Assembly: GCA_951406725.2 (NCBI GenBank)
Contig: OX597817.1
Coordinates: 65,348,001-65,412,000, forward strand
Source: Octopus vulgaris
Lineage: Eukaryota
Reading direction: 5' to 3'
Length of the DNA: 64,000 nt
The translations under genes and the position numbers were made by a program. Position 1 is the first letter of the stretch, and each line of letters begins with the position of its first letter. The notes under the pieces are model-generated. The model saw nothing but the letters and a program-made list of their open reading frames with translations. It had not been told where the DNA came from and did no database searches. Positions 1 through 13,379 of this stretch are shown here, in pieces.

Positions 1-651
1 CCAGAGATTAGATACATTAGTGAAGATCTTTTGATAATACATAAATGCATAAATACTAGAATACAATCTCCGAATGTGTATATTTCCATGTCTCTGACTA
101 TGTTTCTATCAATTTTTTTTTCTTAATCACTTTTCCTTTGCCTCTCTGTCTTTCTCTGCTGTTATCCTTCTGTTGTTGCTCCGTCAGTCATTGTTCTGTT
201 GCCTTTCATTATGTCCGTTAGTATGTCAGTATGTCTGTTTATCATTTCCTGTCTTCTCTCTGTGTGATTTCCTCCTTTTACTCTCTCTCTTTTTCTCTCT
301 CTTTCTCTCTGTCACTTTCTGTTACGCAGTTCCACGCTCAGACAAATACACACATCATAGTCGCAACAGAACCATTAAGATGTAGGTGGTGGCATTCTCC
401 ACAAGCGACTGACATTACTAAATCTGCGTTTGATGTTTTGATACATACAGAAGCCTTGTCATTATCTTAATTACCAAGATATTTATTAGCCTTATACTTT
501 CGTAGCTTTCATTTTGATAGACTACCTACCTAACTATCTACCTGTAAAACTATCTCCTTATCTCCATACCTAGCTATCAGTATATCTATTCTATTTACAT
601 ACCTACCTAACAATCTATTACTCACGTTTTCACTCGATGAACTCTTTCAGC

Positions 652-652
<1 letters not shown>

Positions 653-746
<94 letters not shown>

Positions 747-775
747 CCTATCTATCTACCTATCTATCTATCTAT
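653..775. repeat. (TATC)n microsatellite
   Basis: Near-perfect tetranucleotide tandem; similar arrays at ~4870-4972, ~7285-7342, ~36532-36712 and ~57574-57658. Confidence 0.97.
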
Positions 776-1330
776 GTGTTTGTATGTTTCTCTGAATGCC
801 TGTATGTATATTTATCTGTTGGTTTGTTTGACCTGCATGTATATCTTCCCCACTTACAAATATATTCGTGAACTGTCGTAAGCGACATCTTGTTCAACAG
901 TTACAAAATTAAGTTAGTTTATTCTACAGATGTGGCGATCACCTGGAATAAAGGCCCAACTGAAGCCTCGCACTTTCAAAATTCCCTCTAAACAAATATT
1001 CTCATGTTCTTAGTATATCTTGAAGGATAATGTTCGCAAAAAGCTATCCAAGGTTAATTGCAGAAAACCGGCTGCTTTATTAAATAAATTACGTTATCGA
1101 TAATCGTTTAATCTATATAAAACATGTTTTTAATTGGTGTAATGAAAAGAAAAGAAAAAAAATATTGATTATAGTCCAATGGTGTCAAGAAAACATAAGT
1201 TAAGCTGTCAGTGTATAGTGAACTATGGCTAAAAGGAAACTCTGAAGTACGACTATGGGTAAAAGGAAACCCTGTCTAGAGCAGTGTTTCTCAAAGTGAG
1301 GTGCTAAAATTTCTTTCATAAATTCAACTA

Positions 1331-2132
1331 AAATTTAAATGCTTATAACCAGAGAGTTGGCCGTTTTGACATAGCATTATCATCGTCGTTTTCTAGCTTC
1401 ATTATTTGATTAAGTCTACAATGAAAGATAAATAAATGTTTGTTTGTTTTTTCTGACAGTATTTCTCAATGCTATAATAATAACAACAACACAAATAACA
1501 ATAATCCTTTCTACTGAAGACACAATGCCTGAAATTAAAGGGGAGGAGACTAGCCGATTACATTGACCCCAGCGTTTCACTGGTATTTAATTTATCAACC
1601 TGAAAGGATGAAAGGCAAAGGGAGAGGAATTTGAACTCTGTACATAAAGAAGGGCAAAATGCCGCTAAGCATGATGATGATGATGAAGACGACGGCATCA
1701 ATGACAGCGAAATTTAAATGCTTATAACCAGAGAGTTGGCCGTTTTGACATAGCATTATCATCGTCGTTGTCGTCTTCATCATCATCATTCCCACCATCA
1801 CCTTCGCCGTCATTGATGCCGTCGTCATCATCATCATCATCATCATCATGCTTAGCGGCATTTTGCCCGTCTTTACGTACAGAGTTCAAATTCCTCTCCC
1901 TTTGCCTTTCATCCTTTCAGGTTGATAAATTAAATACCAGTGAAACGCTGGGGGTCAATGTAATCGGCTAGTCTCCTCCCCTTTAATTTCAGGCATTGTG
2001 TCTTCAGTAGAAAGGATTATTGTTATTTGTGTTGTTATTATTATAGCATTGAGAAATACTGTCAGAAAAAACAAACAAACATTTATTTATCTTTCATTGT
2101 AGACTTAATCAAATAATGAAGCTAGAAAACGA
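1331..2132. repeat. Direct + inverted duplication (A-B'-A-C-B): 60-bp direct repeat and ~330-bp inverted arms
   Basis: 1331-1390 equals 1710-1769; 1386-1711 is the near-perfect reverse complement of 1803-2132. Confidence 0.95.
1847..2020 (+). mobile_element. tRNA-derived SINE family B, 5'-truncated (mirror copy at ~1500-1672 on minus)
   Basis: atgcttagcggcatttt...gagttcaaatt...tttgcctttcatcctttc...ggggtcaatgtaatc matches the other family B copies in the window. Confidence 0.85.
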
Positions 2133-2601
2133 TACAGAAGAGAAGTGGGGAGTAGGGGAGTAGACATCCCCCACCTCCCCAACAACAACCAATAAACGAA
2201 AATATCGATTGGCGTATTTACAGTTACTACGCATACGGGTCTGTGGGTGTACATGTTTATGTGTGCAGGCATGCGCATAAGTGTGCGCGTGCGAGCATGA
2301 TTGCGTCTATGTCTGTGTTCTCGCTGTGTGAGTCGGCTTCTGTTTGCATGTGTGTGTGAAATTTATGTATGTGTGTGCATTTACTTGTGAATGTGAATCT
2401 GTTTGCGTTTAGGTGTCAGCCTCTCTGAGTCTTTCGGTATGTGTATCAGCCTCTGTATGCCCGTCTGTGAGTTTGCCTGTATGTGTTTATATCTGCATGA
2501 ATATTTGTGTGTATATCTCTTTTTGCGAGGATAGCTTTGTATGTTTATTTGTGAGAGCAAGTGTATTTGTTCGGGAAAAAGAGAGTGACAGAAAGATAAA
2601 T

Positions 2602-2621
2602 AGACAGATAGATAGATAGAT

Positions 2622-2718
<97 letters not shown>

Positions 2719-2900
2719 TAGATGGATAGACAGAGAGAAAAATGGAGATAGAAGTAGATAAAAAAAGAGAGATAGAGAGAGAGGTAGATAAAAAGAGTGT
2801 GAGAGAGATAAAGAGAGAATGAAAGAAAGAAATGGAGAGGGGAGAGAAAGGGTGAAGGAGAGAGAAAAAGGGAAATAGAGAAAAAGAGGGAGAAAGGAAG
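2602..2900. repeat. (AG)n / purine-rich microsatellite tract
   Basis: Perfect (GA)n at ~2626-2700 inside a degenerate polypurine run. Confidence 0.95.
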
Positions 2901-3051
2901 AGCGACTGCGTGTGCCTACATGTTACTTGTATTCAATAGTACACATATTCATACATGTTTATAGAAGTTTAACATGGTGTCTGTTTCAACTGGTGTGTGT
3001 ATAAGTGAATACACGTACATATGTATGTAAGTATGTATGTTTGTATGTATG

Positions 3052-3099
<48 letters not shown>

Positions 3100-4867
3100 T
3101 ACGCATGTGCGTGTGCTCGCGTGCGTGATGAATAAAGGCGTACTTTTGACTAAATACAGCGTATAATTAAGTAAACCACTATCAAGACCTCTCTCTTCTG
3201 ATTCTCACCATAACAACTTTTATGACCACCACCACTTCCACAACAACAACAACAACAACAACAAACACAATTACTACCGGTACGAGCTCACTACTACCAC
3301 CATCACCGCCATCACCTTCACAATCACAATACCGTCACTATCACCGCCACTACCATTATCACCACCATCACCACCATCACCAACATTACTTCCATCATCA
3401 TCTCCACCGGCACCTCTAACGTCACAATGACCATCACGACGACGAATTCGATGGCCACCACCACCACCACCACCACCACCACCACCACCAAGTCAAGAGG
3501 AAGAGCAATATCATGGCGGTCATTGGCTTTGCCGAACTGTTGAGATCAATACATTGATGTTGAGATCGAATATTTTCTAAATGGATCCGAAGAGTAGTTT
3601 CTGATTTAGACACAAACTCAACAATTTTGAGGAGAGGTGGGTGTTAGTCGAAAACATCGATCCCGGTGGGATGAAAGGCAAAGTTGAGAGCGCTGAAATG
3701 ATTTGAACTCAGAAAGTAAAGAATCACAACAAATACCACGTATCATTTTTTCCCGATGCTCTAACGATTCTACCAGCACGCGATCATTAGTGGACACGAA
3801 GAATGATGACAAAAGTTGCTTCTTCCTAACTTAGGAAGCACAGACTAAAACAAGAACTTTGCGTGTATCATCTGACATTATGGTTGTGTGGTAAAAGTGT
3901 TTGCTTTGTTATTATGCCACTCCGGGTTCGATCTCAATGTGCGGCTTCTTGGGTGTGTATCTTTTATCATATTCTCGAGTCGCCGCGAACCTAGTGAGTA
4001 AAACTGAGAACATAGGAAAATGTGAGGAAGCTTGCAGGATGCGTTACACTTGTAATATGAGGGCTTAGCCCTCATAGACATTTTGTATTGAATCTGACTG
4101 TTTTTCAGAGAATGACTTGAAGATTGTGGAGCATCTTACTGGACGGTACAGTTGATCACACCCTCACACCAGCATATAAATTTATTGACTTCAGAAAGGA
4201 TGGTAAAGAAAATCTGAACGTGATTCGAGCTCAAGATGCAACAGAATGCAACCAAATTCTGCTGTCTGCTTGCCATTTGTAGATGATTCCAAACATCACC
4301 AGTAGTGCCACCACCGCAAAATTAGTACGACAATACTACCACCGTAAATACACCGGTTCCACGACCATCGATAGGCGCACTTTGGCAATTATCATACTTG
4401 TAGTAGTTCCATCATTGCTAATCACCACAACACTACAACCACTGTTGCCACTAAACAATTCCTATCATTCCAACTACCGACCCAACCATCTTTAATACCA
4501 CCATAACCACCCCCACGCCAATATATGTTATATTTCTTTAATCCCACTTTGGCTCAAATTCTGTAAAACTTCGATCAACGGTACAATAGTTTATCTAAGA
4601 CTATATTATCCAATGTCCTTCCTTCCACCTTATTTTCATTAAAGAGAGTAGGAGTAACAAAAAGGAGACATAACTAACATGCCACCAACTCCTTATTGTG
4701 ATGGTTCTTGGTAGATCAAGTATAGCAATTATTGGTGCTCTTCTTATCGGAAGTTAAAAATTACTTGCATACTTCGAATGGAAATTTAAAAATATAAATC
4801 GCATGAAAATTTAAAAATATAATTGACCAAGTAATTAAATTTCATGGTCATTCTCGTAATAATGTTA

Positions 4868-4972
<105 letters not shown>

Positions 4973-5093
4973 ATATTTAGATAGTTAACATATATATATA
5001 TATATATATATAAATTAGAAAAAAAAACACCTTTTATCAATTCAATAATAAAAAATTAAATTATACCTTTTACGAAAATTACATACTATAGAA

Positions 5094-5155
<62 letters not shown>

Positions 5156-5776
5156 TATATATATATATAATTTCTGATTCTGCAATACTTTTTCAGTATC
5201 TTCTATTAGTATGGTTTTCATATCCACCACTAACTGTATTTGACTCTCCCTCTGTAAAGCGGTATTTGATGAAACATGAGAGAAAAAATGAGAAACTCTG
5301 AAAAATTGTCTTTTGTCAAAAGTATCAGAGAGTGTACCCCCGTTTCTCGTAGCATAATTTTGATTTATTTTCAAAGCTGTTGGGTAAAACTGTTTTCTGC
5401 AGTTAACTAATTTTGAGCGGTAATATCCAATTTCCACGTTTAATGAGTTAAAAATTAATGAGTCACTTCGCATGGCAAGTTAAAAATATCGTGGCGTACA
5501 ACCTACTTCTTGCAGCAGACCGTTTGAGAACCATTTACGATCAGGATTCTTCATTTTCACCCCTCCATTTCTTCATAATACATAGATTAGATATCTTTGA
5601 AATAGAAAGGAGATAAAGGTTAAAAAAAGAACAAGAACAACAACAAAAACAATATAGATAACATAAATGGAATAATAATTTGAAATATATAAAGAAAATA
5701 TTCATACATACAATTACGCACAAATACACACACACGCACGCATACACACATACACACACATGTATATATGGGGATG

Positions 5777-5862
<86 letters not shown>

Positions 5863-6165
5863 TGTATGTATGTACGCGTACGCATGTCTAATACATATGA
5901 AATAGTGATATGCTGATATGAAAGGATAAGTTTCTAGGGTGTTCTTGGAGTTAAGTGTTTCAACATGCACCGAGAGAAGAGGTTAGTTCTGATATTCCAA
6001 CAAACCCTTCTTAAAATAAAACTAGAAATAGCGCTGCTGCTGTTGCTGTTGTTGTTGTTTTGCTCCAGTTCATCACCGACGGAGTAGATCTTTAATCAAA
6101 GTCGTGCGAGTCATAGCCATCCGAATTTTTTTTGAAGCACATGTACTCAAGACGATATTGTATGA

Positions 6166-6487
6166 CAGTGGTTCTCAACCAAGGACTGCATGGTCCCTGA
6201 GGGACCATATACAAAAAATAGTAAATTGGGAATCCACAATTGTATTTTAAGGGCCCCTGAAAAAAATTCTGCTTTAAATGTATGTGTTGGTATACATTCC
6301 AAGAAACACTTAAGATTCTTCCTCTCACATTTTGCATAGTTCGACATTCAAAAGTTAATGTGTGAAAAACAGAATAGGAATTTTGAAAGAAATTTCTATA
6401 AAACTGATTGAATGGTTATGGGGGTCCAGAGAATTAAAAAAGTAATCAAAGGGGTCCATAGATAAAAAAAATGGTTGAGAACCACCG
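6166..6487 (+). mobile_element. hAT-type MITE (Charlie/MER-like termini)
   Basis: TIRs cagtggttctcaacc ... ggttgagaaccaccg; a second copy lies at 38681-38926; no TSD recognisable here. Confidence 0.8.
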
Positions 6488-7286
6488 AGAGCTCCTGGAG
6501 AACCCCTTATATTAAAAGACGGTAGGCTCTTTGTTTGAGGGAAGATTAGGGGCTAATCAAATGACATTGTTGACTGGAACTCATGAACAAACCACACAAA
6601 GATTCAAACAGTTTATTCAATAGTCATATGTCGAATGCATCTTATTTACATATATTATGTATATTAGGTGCATTTATTAAATATCGTATCTATATATTAC
6701 ATATACATTTTTATATTAGATACATTTATCAAAATGTATTATCGGTATATTATGTATATTTTGTACATATACCAATTTATCGAAAATATTAATAGATTAG
6801 AAAGACATTTAAATTATGGAAACATTTTTTAAACTTAAAAATCAAATAAAATATAAAACACAATGAAACTGCATTTTTAGGATTCTTAAAAAAAAATTAG
6901 AAAGTCTAATATATAATTATAATCTTCTTTTAAATTTCCAACTTGTTTTAAAATTAAAACTTTCTATGCACAATTATCAAAATTATAAAATTCTAGATGC
7001 TCAGCCCCACCCTATACATACATACATACATACATACATACATACATACATACATACATACATACATACATACATACATACATGCACACACATATTCGAA
7101 ACTACATACACACAAAGATACATGTACATATATATGTATATATATATATATATATATTTACATATATATATATGTACATATATATATATATTTACATATA
7201 TATATACATGTATGTGCGTGTATATAAACACATAAAAAATATGAATATACATATGTGAGTGTGTATGCGTATGTATGAAATAGATT

Positions 7287-7342
<56 letters not shown>

Positions 7343-8085
7343 TGGTAGGCACTCAGTGATGCACACTTGATGAACATATCTGAAATGCGTTACTATGGCG
7401 ACGAAAAGCCAAATCTCCGGAATAGCAGAACGAAAATCCAAAAACATTGCAGTAACTGCTACATTTGGGGCATGGGGATAGTAAAGAATTATAGATAATC
7501 TGCCATAGATGCAGCAGAAATGCATTTACCGTGCACTGTGATGGGGAAAATGGAAATCGGCGGCTTAATTTAACCTGGGTGTAATATTTTATGTTTGCAA
7601 AACCAGATTATTTAATGTTTTCTTCCGTTCAGACACACACACGCATACACATACACATACACACACACGCGCGCGCGCACATGCACATGCACATATACAC
7701 AAAAGCACATGCATAAATATATACTGACATTCATGCGCATTGTTATGCAAAAATACATACATTCACATGGATACACATCGTGTTGCTGTATGATAAGCAT
7801 TTACAGGTGTGTATATGTAAATATACCTTTGTATTTCTGTGTAGCTATTGTGTGCGTGTGTGTGTGTGTATACATGCATACACACAATATATATTTATAT
7901 ATTTGTAGGGATATGTATATATTTACATACGCAAATATATATATTAGAAAAATAAATGGAAATTAGATAGATAGATAGATTGATAGACCAGATAGATAGA
8001 TAGATAGGGAACATTTTGATATTCATATCGTATATACAAATATATGAATTATTTATTTATATATATATATATGCATTTATATATG

Positions 8086-8138
<53 letters not shown>

Positions 8139-8310
8139 GTATAAATATAGACCAGTATTCTTTTGTTTTATCTCGTCATAACAATATATTGCAGTTTTAT
8201 TCTATTACTCCGTGTATCACTGTCACTTAAAAGCTTGCCCGCGCACATCATGCATTTATACATAAATACATACAAACACATGTCTCTCTCTATCTCTCTC
8301 TCTCTCTATG

Positions 8311-8406
<96 letters not shown>

Positions 8407-9550
8407 CATATATTTATATATATAGGCACATACATGCACACAAATAAGATATGTATTGAGCACATAATAGAGAACAAACACAAATCCTACGTCATTTGTA
8501 GTTTAATCTGAGGTATAATCCTCAGTATAGTTTTAGTTAAAGCTTCCTTTGTTGTTGTTGGTAGCAGTAGTAGTAGTGGTGGTAGAGTTAATGTTGGTGG
8601 TGGGTTTGGTAGTGATCCTGGTTTACGTGGTGATAGTTGTTGTGGCAGTAGAGGTTGTTATAGTGGTGGTGGCTTAATGTAGGATGTGATTGTAGGGGAT
8701 TCGGTGATGATGTTCACTATTATAACTGTATTGGTGAAGGTTTTGGTGGTGGTATAAGAGATTTGTTGTGGTTTTATTGCTGATGGTAATAATAGTGGTA
8801 TAAGTACTGGTGGTTGGGTTGTTGTTGTTGGCCCGGTGGTGGTACCATTGGTAGAATTATCGTGTAATGGGAAGGAAGGACTCAGAAATTATTTACTTCC
8901 TCGAAACAATTTTGTTTCATAACAGAAACAGAAAAGTTTGCTAAATGGGTAAGCCATTCAAAGAACGAAGAGTATTTGTATCAGAAAAGAACTTCCTCTT
9001 TTCCCTCCTACTTCTCTTCTTCCTCCTCCTCCTCATCATGATCATGATCATCATTATTTTCGTCCTCCTCCTCTTCCTCATTGTCCACAACGATGACAGC
9101 AACAACAACAACAACAACAACACCAAAAACTACATCTAACAGCTACAATATTTCAAAACATCTACAACACAAATATAACCCACTGTAACGACTGCAACAT
9201 AAATATCTATAATATTAGTCACCTTCTAATGGCATGTGTTCGTTGTTCGAGTATTACCCTTCTGTTAACCGTAATATATGGTGCAATATCGAAGACATAA
9301 ATGAAATCTGCGCCACGGCAATAAAAAAAAATGGCCTTAACTACGGAACGACATCGAAGACATAACCAAAATCTTTGACATAATGAGATAGCCTAACTAC
9401 GGAACAATATCGAAGATGCAACTAAATTTTTAAGATAATGAAGCAAAGTTATAAAGTTTATAAATTTAAGTATAAAAATAGAAAATACAAATAAGAACAT
9501 TTACAGAATACGAAATTTTCTCGGATCGTACAAGTTAAAACAATGAAATA

Positions 9551-9599
<49 letters not shown>

Positions 9600-10142
9600 G
9601 AGTTAGAAAGCAGCACATGCCATCAATGTGACGTTGGGATACAAATATACGAACCCCAATTTACCCATCATGACTACTCGTCTGGTGAGGGTACGCCAGG
9701 CACATGCATCACAACCATATCTACGTGACATCGTGATCTCATATCAAGGTAAACAACGTATGATCTTGCAAATGCAGCCCAGTTAGAATTTTCTTTAGGT
9801 CGAGTAGCCCATCCCATTCAAAAGGTACCCGAATAAGGAGTTTTTTTTTAAGGATGATGAACAAAACACACATATTTCCAGTGCGAAATTGTTCACCCCC
9901 CCCCGAATCTCTCTCGACACATACGGTTGTGATGCTCCCCCATTATTCCCGGTCATGATCTGAGATGCACATATCATCAGCCATAAAGGGATATGTTCAA
10001 CTGGTTATGGTCAAGCAGCTGACAAGCGAATCTGTGGTACCAAGCCGAATATTTGGTGTAGACTACCCTTCACACCAAGGCAAAGCATGTACGTTAACTC
10101 ATCAATCAGTTAAGATTAAAAGCCATGAAAGCCGCTATCAGG
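9600..10142 (-). mobile_element. ~540-bp non-coding interspersed retro-element embedded in (TTA)n
   Basis: Complex sequence bounded by TTA repeats on both sides (9552-9599 and ~10145-10163); resembles an abundant octopus repeat from recall only. Confidence 0.5.
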
Positions 10143-10164
10143 ATATTATTTATCGTTATTATTA

Positions 10165-10362
10165 AGGTAGCGAGATGGCAGAATCGATAGCATGCTGGAC
10201 AAAATGTTTAGTAATGTTTCTTCCAGTTTTACATTCCGATTTCAAATTCCGCTGAGGTTAGATTTGCCTTTTATCCTTTGGGGGTCAATCGACTGGAGTT
10301 GGTGTGATCGGCCTGCCACCTTCCTCAAAATTTCAGGGCTTGTACCTGCCGTTGAAAGAATT
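10165..10362 (+). mobile_element. SINE family B, diverged full-length copy
   Basis: ggtagcgagatggcagaatcgatagc (A box)...ttcaaattccgctgagg (B box)...cttgtacctgccgttgaaagaa tail. Confidence 0.85.
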
Positions 10363-11059
10363 ATCGTTATTACTGTTGCAGTTGATTTTACAATGCAAAG
10401 ACATGCCTTACTCGACGTTGTATAATATTTATATCTCTGATATAAATCAGATGAACTGTATTTCTTTTATTGATATTATTTCAAGGAATTGTAGAGTAAC
10501 TTTTTATGTATCTTCTCCATTTAAAGACGCAGGCTTAGTTGTTATTTGTTTCTGCTTACGCTGAAGAAATTAATTCTAACCTGGCTATTCTGGTGCCGGT
10601 GAATTTCATAACTGTAGAAGCTAACTTCCTCTTTCGGAAGCTGAGGAAGAATATAGAAATATTTATGGTATTGTGAAAAATTGCTCAAATGGCAACAATA
10701 ATTTCAGCTTTTACAGCAACGCCGGCAACAACACTTAGAACAACATTTACATAAACAATAAGATAATACTGAGACAAAAGAAAATCGATATTGTCACTTC
10801 TGGTAATGACAGCAGCAACAACAGCGACAAGGATGATAATAGTAATACCAAACAACAGAATAACAGCAGTCATGAAAGGGACGATAGTGAAAAAAATTGA
10901 TCCTGATGTATGTGTACAGATAAATGTTCGGACATCAACATGAAGTTTCAAAAAACATATATATGATTACTGCCATGTCAGCGGGAAGATTGGAGTAACA
11001 TACAATTATACGCAGATACATCTACGAGACAAAGCTTTCAATACGAGTGGAGATTTGGA

Positions 11060-11210
11060 AGATATTATTAAAGAACATAGTTCACACAGAAAACCTGTAA
11101 AGAAGGGTAGTGTTTTCACTAAGAAGAACAAGCGAAGAGTAAAAATTCCAAAATGCAAGTTCGGTTTACAAAGATAAGCATTTTGTGGAGGTCATATTAA
11201 TGGCAATATC
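11060..11210 (+). pseudogene. Possible Ty3/Gypsy reverse transcriptase fossil
   Basis: Manual translation gives EH...KCKFGLQ..AFCGGHI, resembling the gypsy RT motif EH....L...KC.F....v.FLGH.I; heavily degraded. Confidence 0.3.
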
Positions 11211-12254
11211 AATACAGGTGAACTATTGGATTATTTGCGCCATAGAGAAGGAGGAAGAACATAAATGCCTCTCTAGTGTAATATCAAGACTAAACTCTGA
11301 CACAAGATCATGCTATGAATGGATAACCTTGCGTGCCAAACGGGCCAAATGTACAGGAGAGAGAAAAAAAACGAAGTAATGTTTACAAGCGAAAACTTGT
11401 TGACCTGAGTAAAATAGTGACAATTTAGATATGATAACCTTCACTGATATCTGTATTTCCAGCATGTTGACTACCAATCTCTTCCTATCTGACTATGTTA
11501 CATTCATATCTCATTTGGTTTGTCCCAGTCGACTGAGATGGCAATGTTGCTTCGGAAATGACGAGATTTCGAAGTAAAGGGTGGATCGAAAGTTGGCACT
11601 TGGTGTTCAGAGTGTTATCAGGTATTCAAAATCCATTAATGGTGGTGTTGGTGAGGGAAATGCGACATTTAAAGGGTCTAGCCTTGAATCTACAGAGAGT
11701 TGGTAAAGAACATGAGCCACATTTCTTGAGAGACAATTTGAGTGTAGTGGGCTTGCGCTGATCAGCCTCTTCTTGGAGGACATTCAGAATTAGATGTAAA
11801 CATGATTTTCAAAACTCCTGAGACTGGATCTTCAATCGATTGAAAGGGTGGGTGTTGCCGATTCGTGATATGCTGCATATGCACAAAGTCAACTAGACGT
11901 GATGTGCGGCGAGAAGGCAAAAAATGCAATCCACACGTGCTCTAGGTTATCAAAATAGAAACAAGAACAGTATAATTATAAATCGTGTAATTTTCACGGG
12001 TTCTGTTAGCCCTTATTATCATTTTAGTATTTCCGTTATTATTGCGAGCCTTTTACTTTCTTTACCCAGTGCAATGACGAGCTTTGGGCACTGCATTATT
12101 TTTTTAAGTATCGAAAATACTTTTCGTAATATACTTGCTAAGTCCGGCAGTTGTAGCTTGTGTATGCGTATAAGTTACTGAAGATACTGTATGTGTGTGC
12201 ATGTGTGTATGTGTGTGTGTATGTGTGTGTGTGCACGTGTGGTAAAGTGTGTGC

Positions 12255-12680
12255 GTATCTTTTTTATCATTCACAGGAAATCTAATACTATGAGGATTAC
12301 TTCTGTTTTCAATTCCCACACTTTGGTTATCTCTATCTTCATGTCTTTGCATTTGGACAGCCTCTGCATTCCTACCAGACATAGTGTCGCCCGTTGGAAT
12401 TGATACGTCGATTACAAGACATTTTTTCTGATTATTTTCATAGCATGTGGACGACTTGCCTGTATGCGTGACATAGCATGTCCTGCAGTTCTGTTATTTT
12501 GTCATTCTCCGAGAACCTTTGTGGAGTGTTTTATATCAACCCTTTCCTGTACATATTCCAGTTGGGTATAATTTTCAGTGTATTAAACCTCCAGCCCTAT
12601 CATGTTTATATGTTCAGTGTTGAAAGATTGATATTTTCGGGTATTGTTTCGCCTTCTTTCCTCACAACTGCTTTCTAGCT
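12255..12680 (-). pseudogene. R4/Dong-clade LINE remnant, restriction-like endonuclease region
   Basis: Minus strand translates, with frameshifts, to KHDRAGGLIH*KL...ENDKIT...IQASRP...QKKCLVIDVSIP...LSKCKDMKIEITKVWELKTEVILIV, the RHD and PD-(D/E)xK signatures of R4-type ORFs. Confidence 0.8.
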
Positions 12681-12710
12681 TAGCCTCTATTTTATATTTG
12701 GCTGTCTTGA

Positions 12711-12779
<69 letters not shown>

Positions 12780-12782
<3 letters not shown>

Positions 12783-12866
12783 CTGGGGGCGATTTGTTCG
12801 ACTAAAAACCCTTCAAGGCAGTGCCTCAACATGGTCACAGTCAAATGACTGAAACAAGAGATAAAA
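12780..12866 (+). mobile_element. SINE family A, 3' fragment
   Basis: gatttgttcgact...catggtcacagtcaaatgactgaaacaag; tail-to-tail with the next copy. Confidence 0.8.
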
Positions 12867-12929
12867 TATACATGCGCGTGCGCGAGCACACACATACAGA
12901 GTATATTTTTGTTTTAAGGATATTCTTTT

Positions 12930-13122
12930 TTTATTCTTTTATTTGTTTTAGCATTTAGCTGCGGCCAAGCTGGAGCACCGCCTTTAGTCGAACAAATCGA
13001 CCCCAGGACTTATTCTTTGTAAGCCTAGTACTTATTCTATCGGTTTCTTTTGCCGAACCTCTACGTTACGGTGACATGAACACACCACCATTGGTTGTCA
13101 AGCGATGGTGGGGTGACAAATA

Positions 13123-13199
<77 letters not shown>

Positions 13200-13356
13200 G
13201 CATATACACGACGGGGTTCTTTCAGTTTCTGTCTACCAAATCCACTCACAAGGCTTTGGTCGGCCCGAGGCTATAGTAGAAGATACTTGCCCAAGGTGCC
13301 ACGCAGTGGAACTGAACCTGGAACCATGTGATTGGTAAGTAAGCTACTCCTGCGCC
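12930..13356 (-). mobile_element. tRNA-derived SINE family A (CORE-like), full length with internal (CA)n
   Basis: Minus strand reads ggcgcaggag...ggttcagttcc (B box)...cttgggcaagt...gccttgtgagtggatttgg...microsatellite...cggcaaaag...gtcgatttgttcgactaaag; about nine copies in the window. Confidence 0.92.
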
Positions 13357-13379
13357 TATATGTTCATAATTTGTACCTC

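Noticed and set aside
1222-1310. 30-bp-period duplication (actatgg.taaaaggaaac.ctg) and a hAT-like end cagtgtttctcaaagtg
   Set aside because: Short, no partner TIR found; insufficient to define an element
5042-5473. 143-aa minus-strand ORF
   Set aside because: No recognisable domain, and it runs through a (TA)n; may be transposon debris
7389-7402. RFX X-box-like gttactatggcgac
   Set aside because: Single imperfect motif (11/14) with no associated gene start
9283-9445. Three recurrences of (ctaactacggaac)aatatcgaaga with variable intervening sequence, superficially CRISPR-like
   Set aside because: Repeats are imperfect, the intervening parts are related to each other, the context is eukaryotic and there are no cas genes; a decayed ~55-65-bp tandem
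12930-13356. tRNA genes at SINE heads
   Set aside because: A/B boxes are present but there is no cloverleaf, and the sequence continues into SINE bodies
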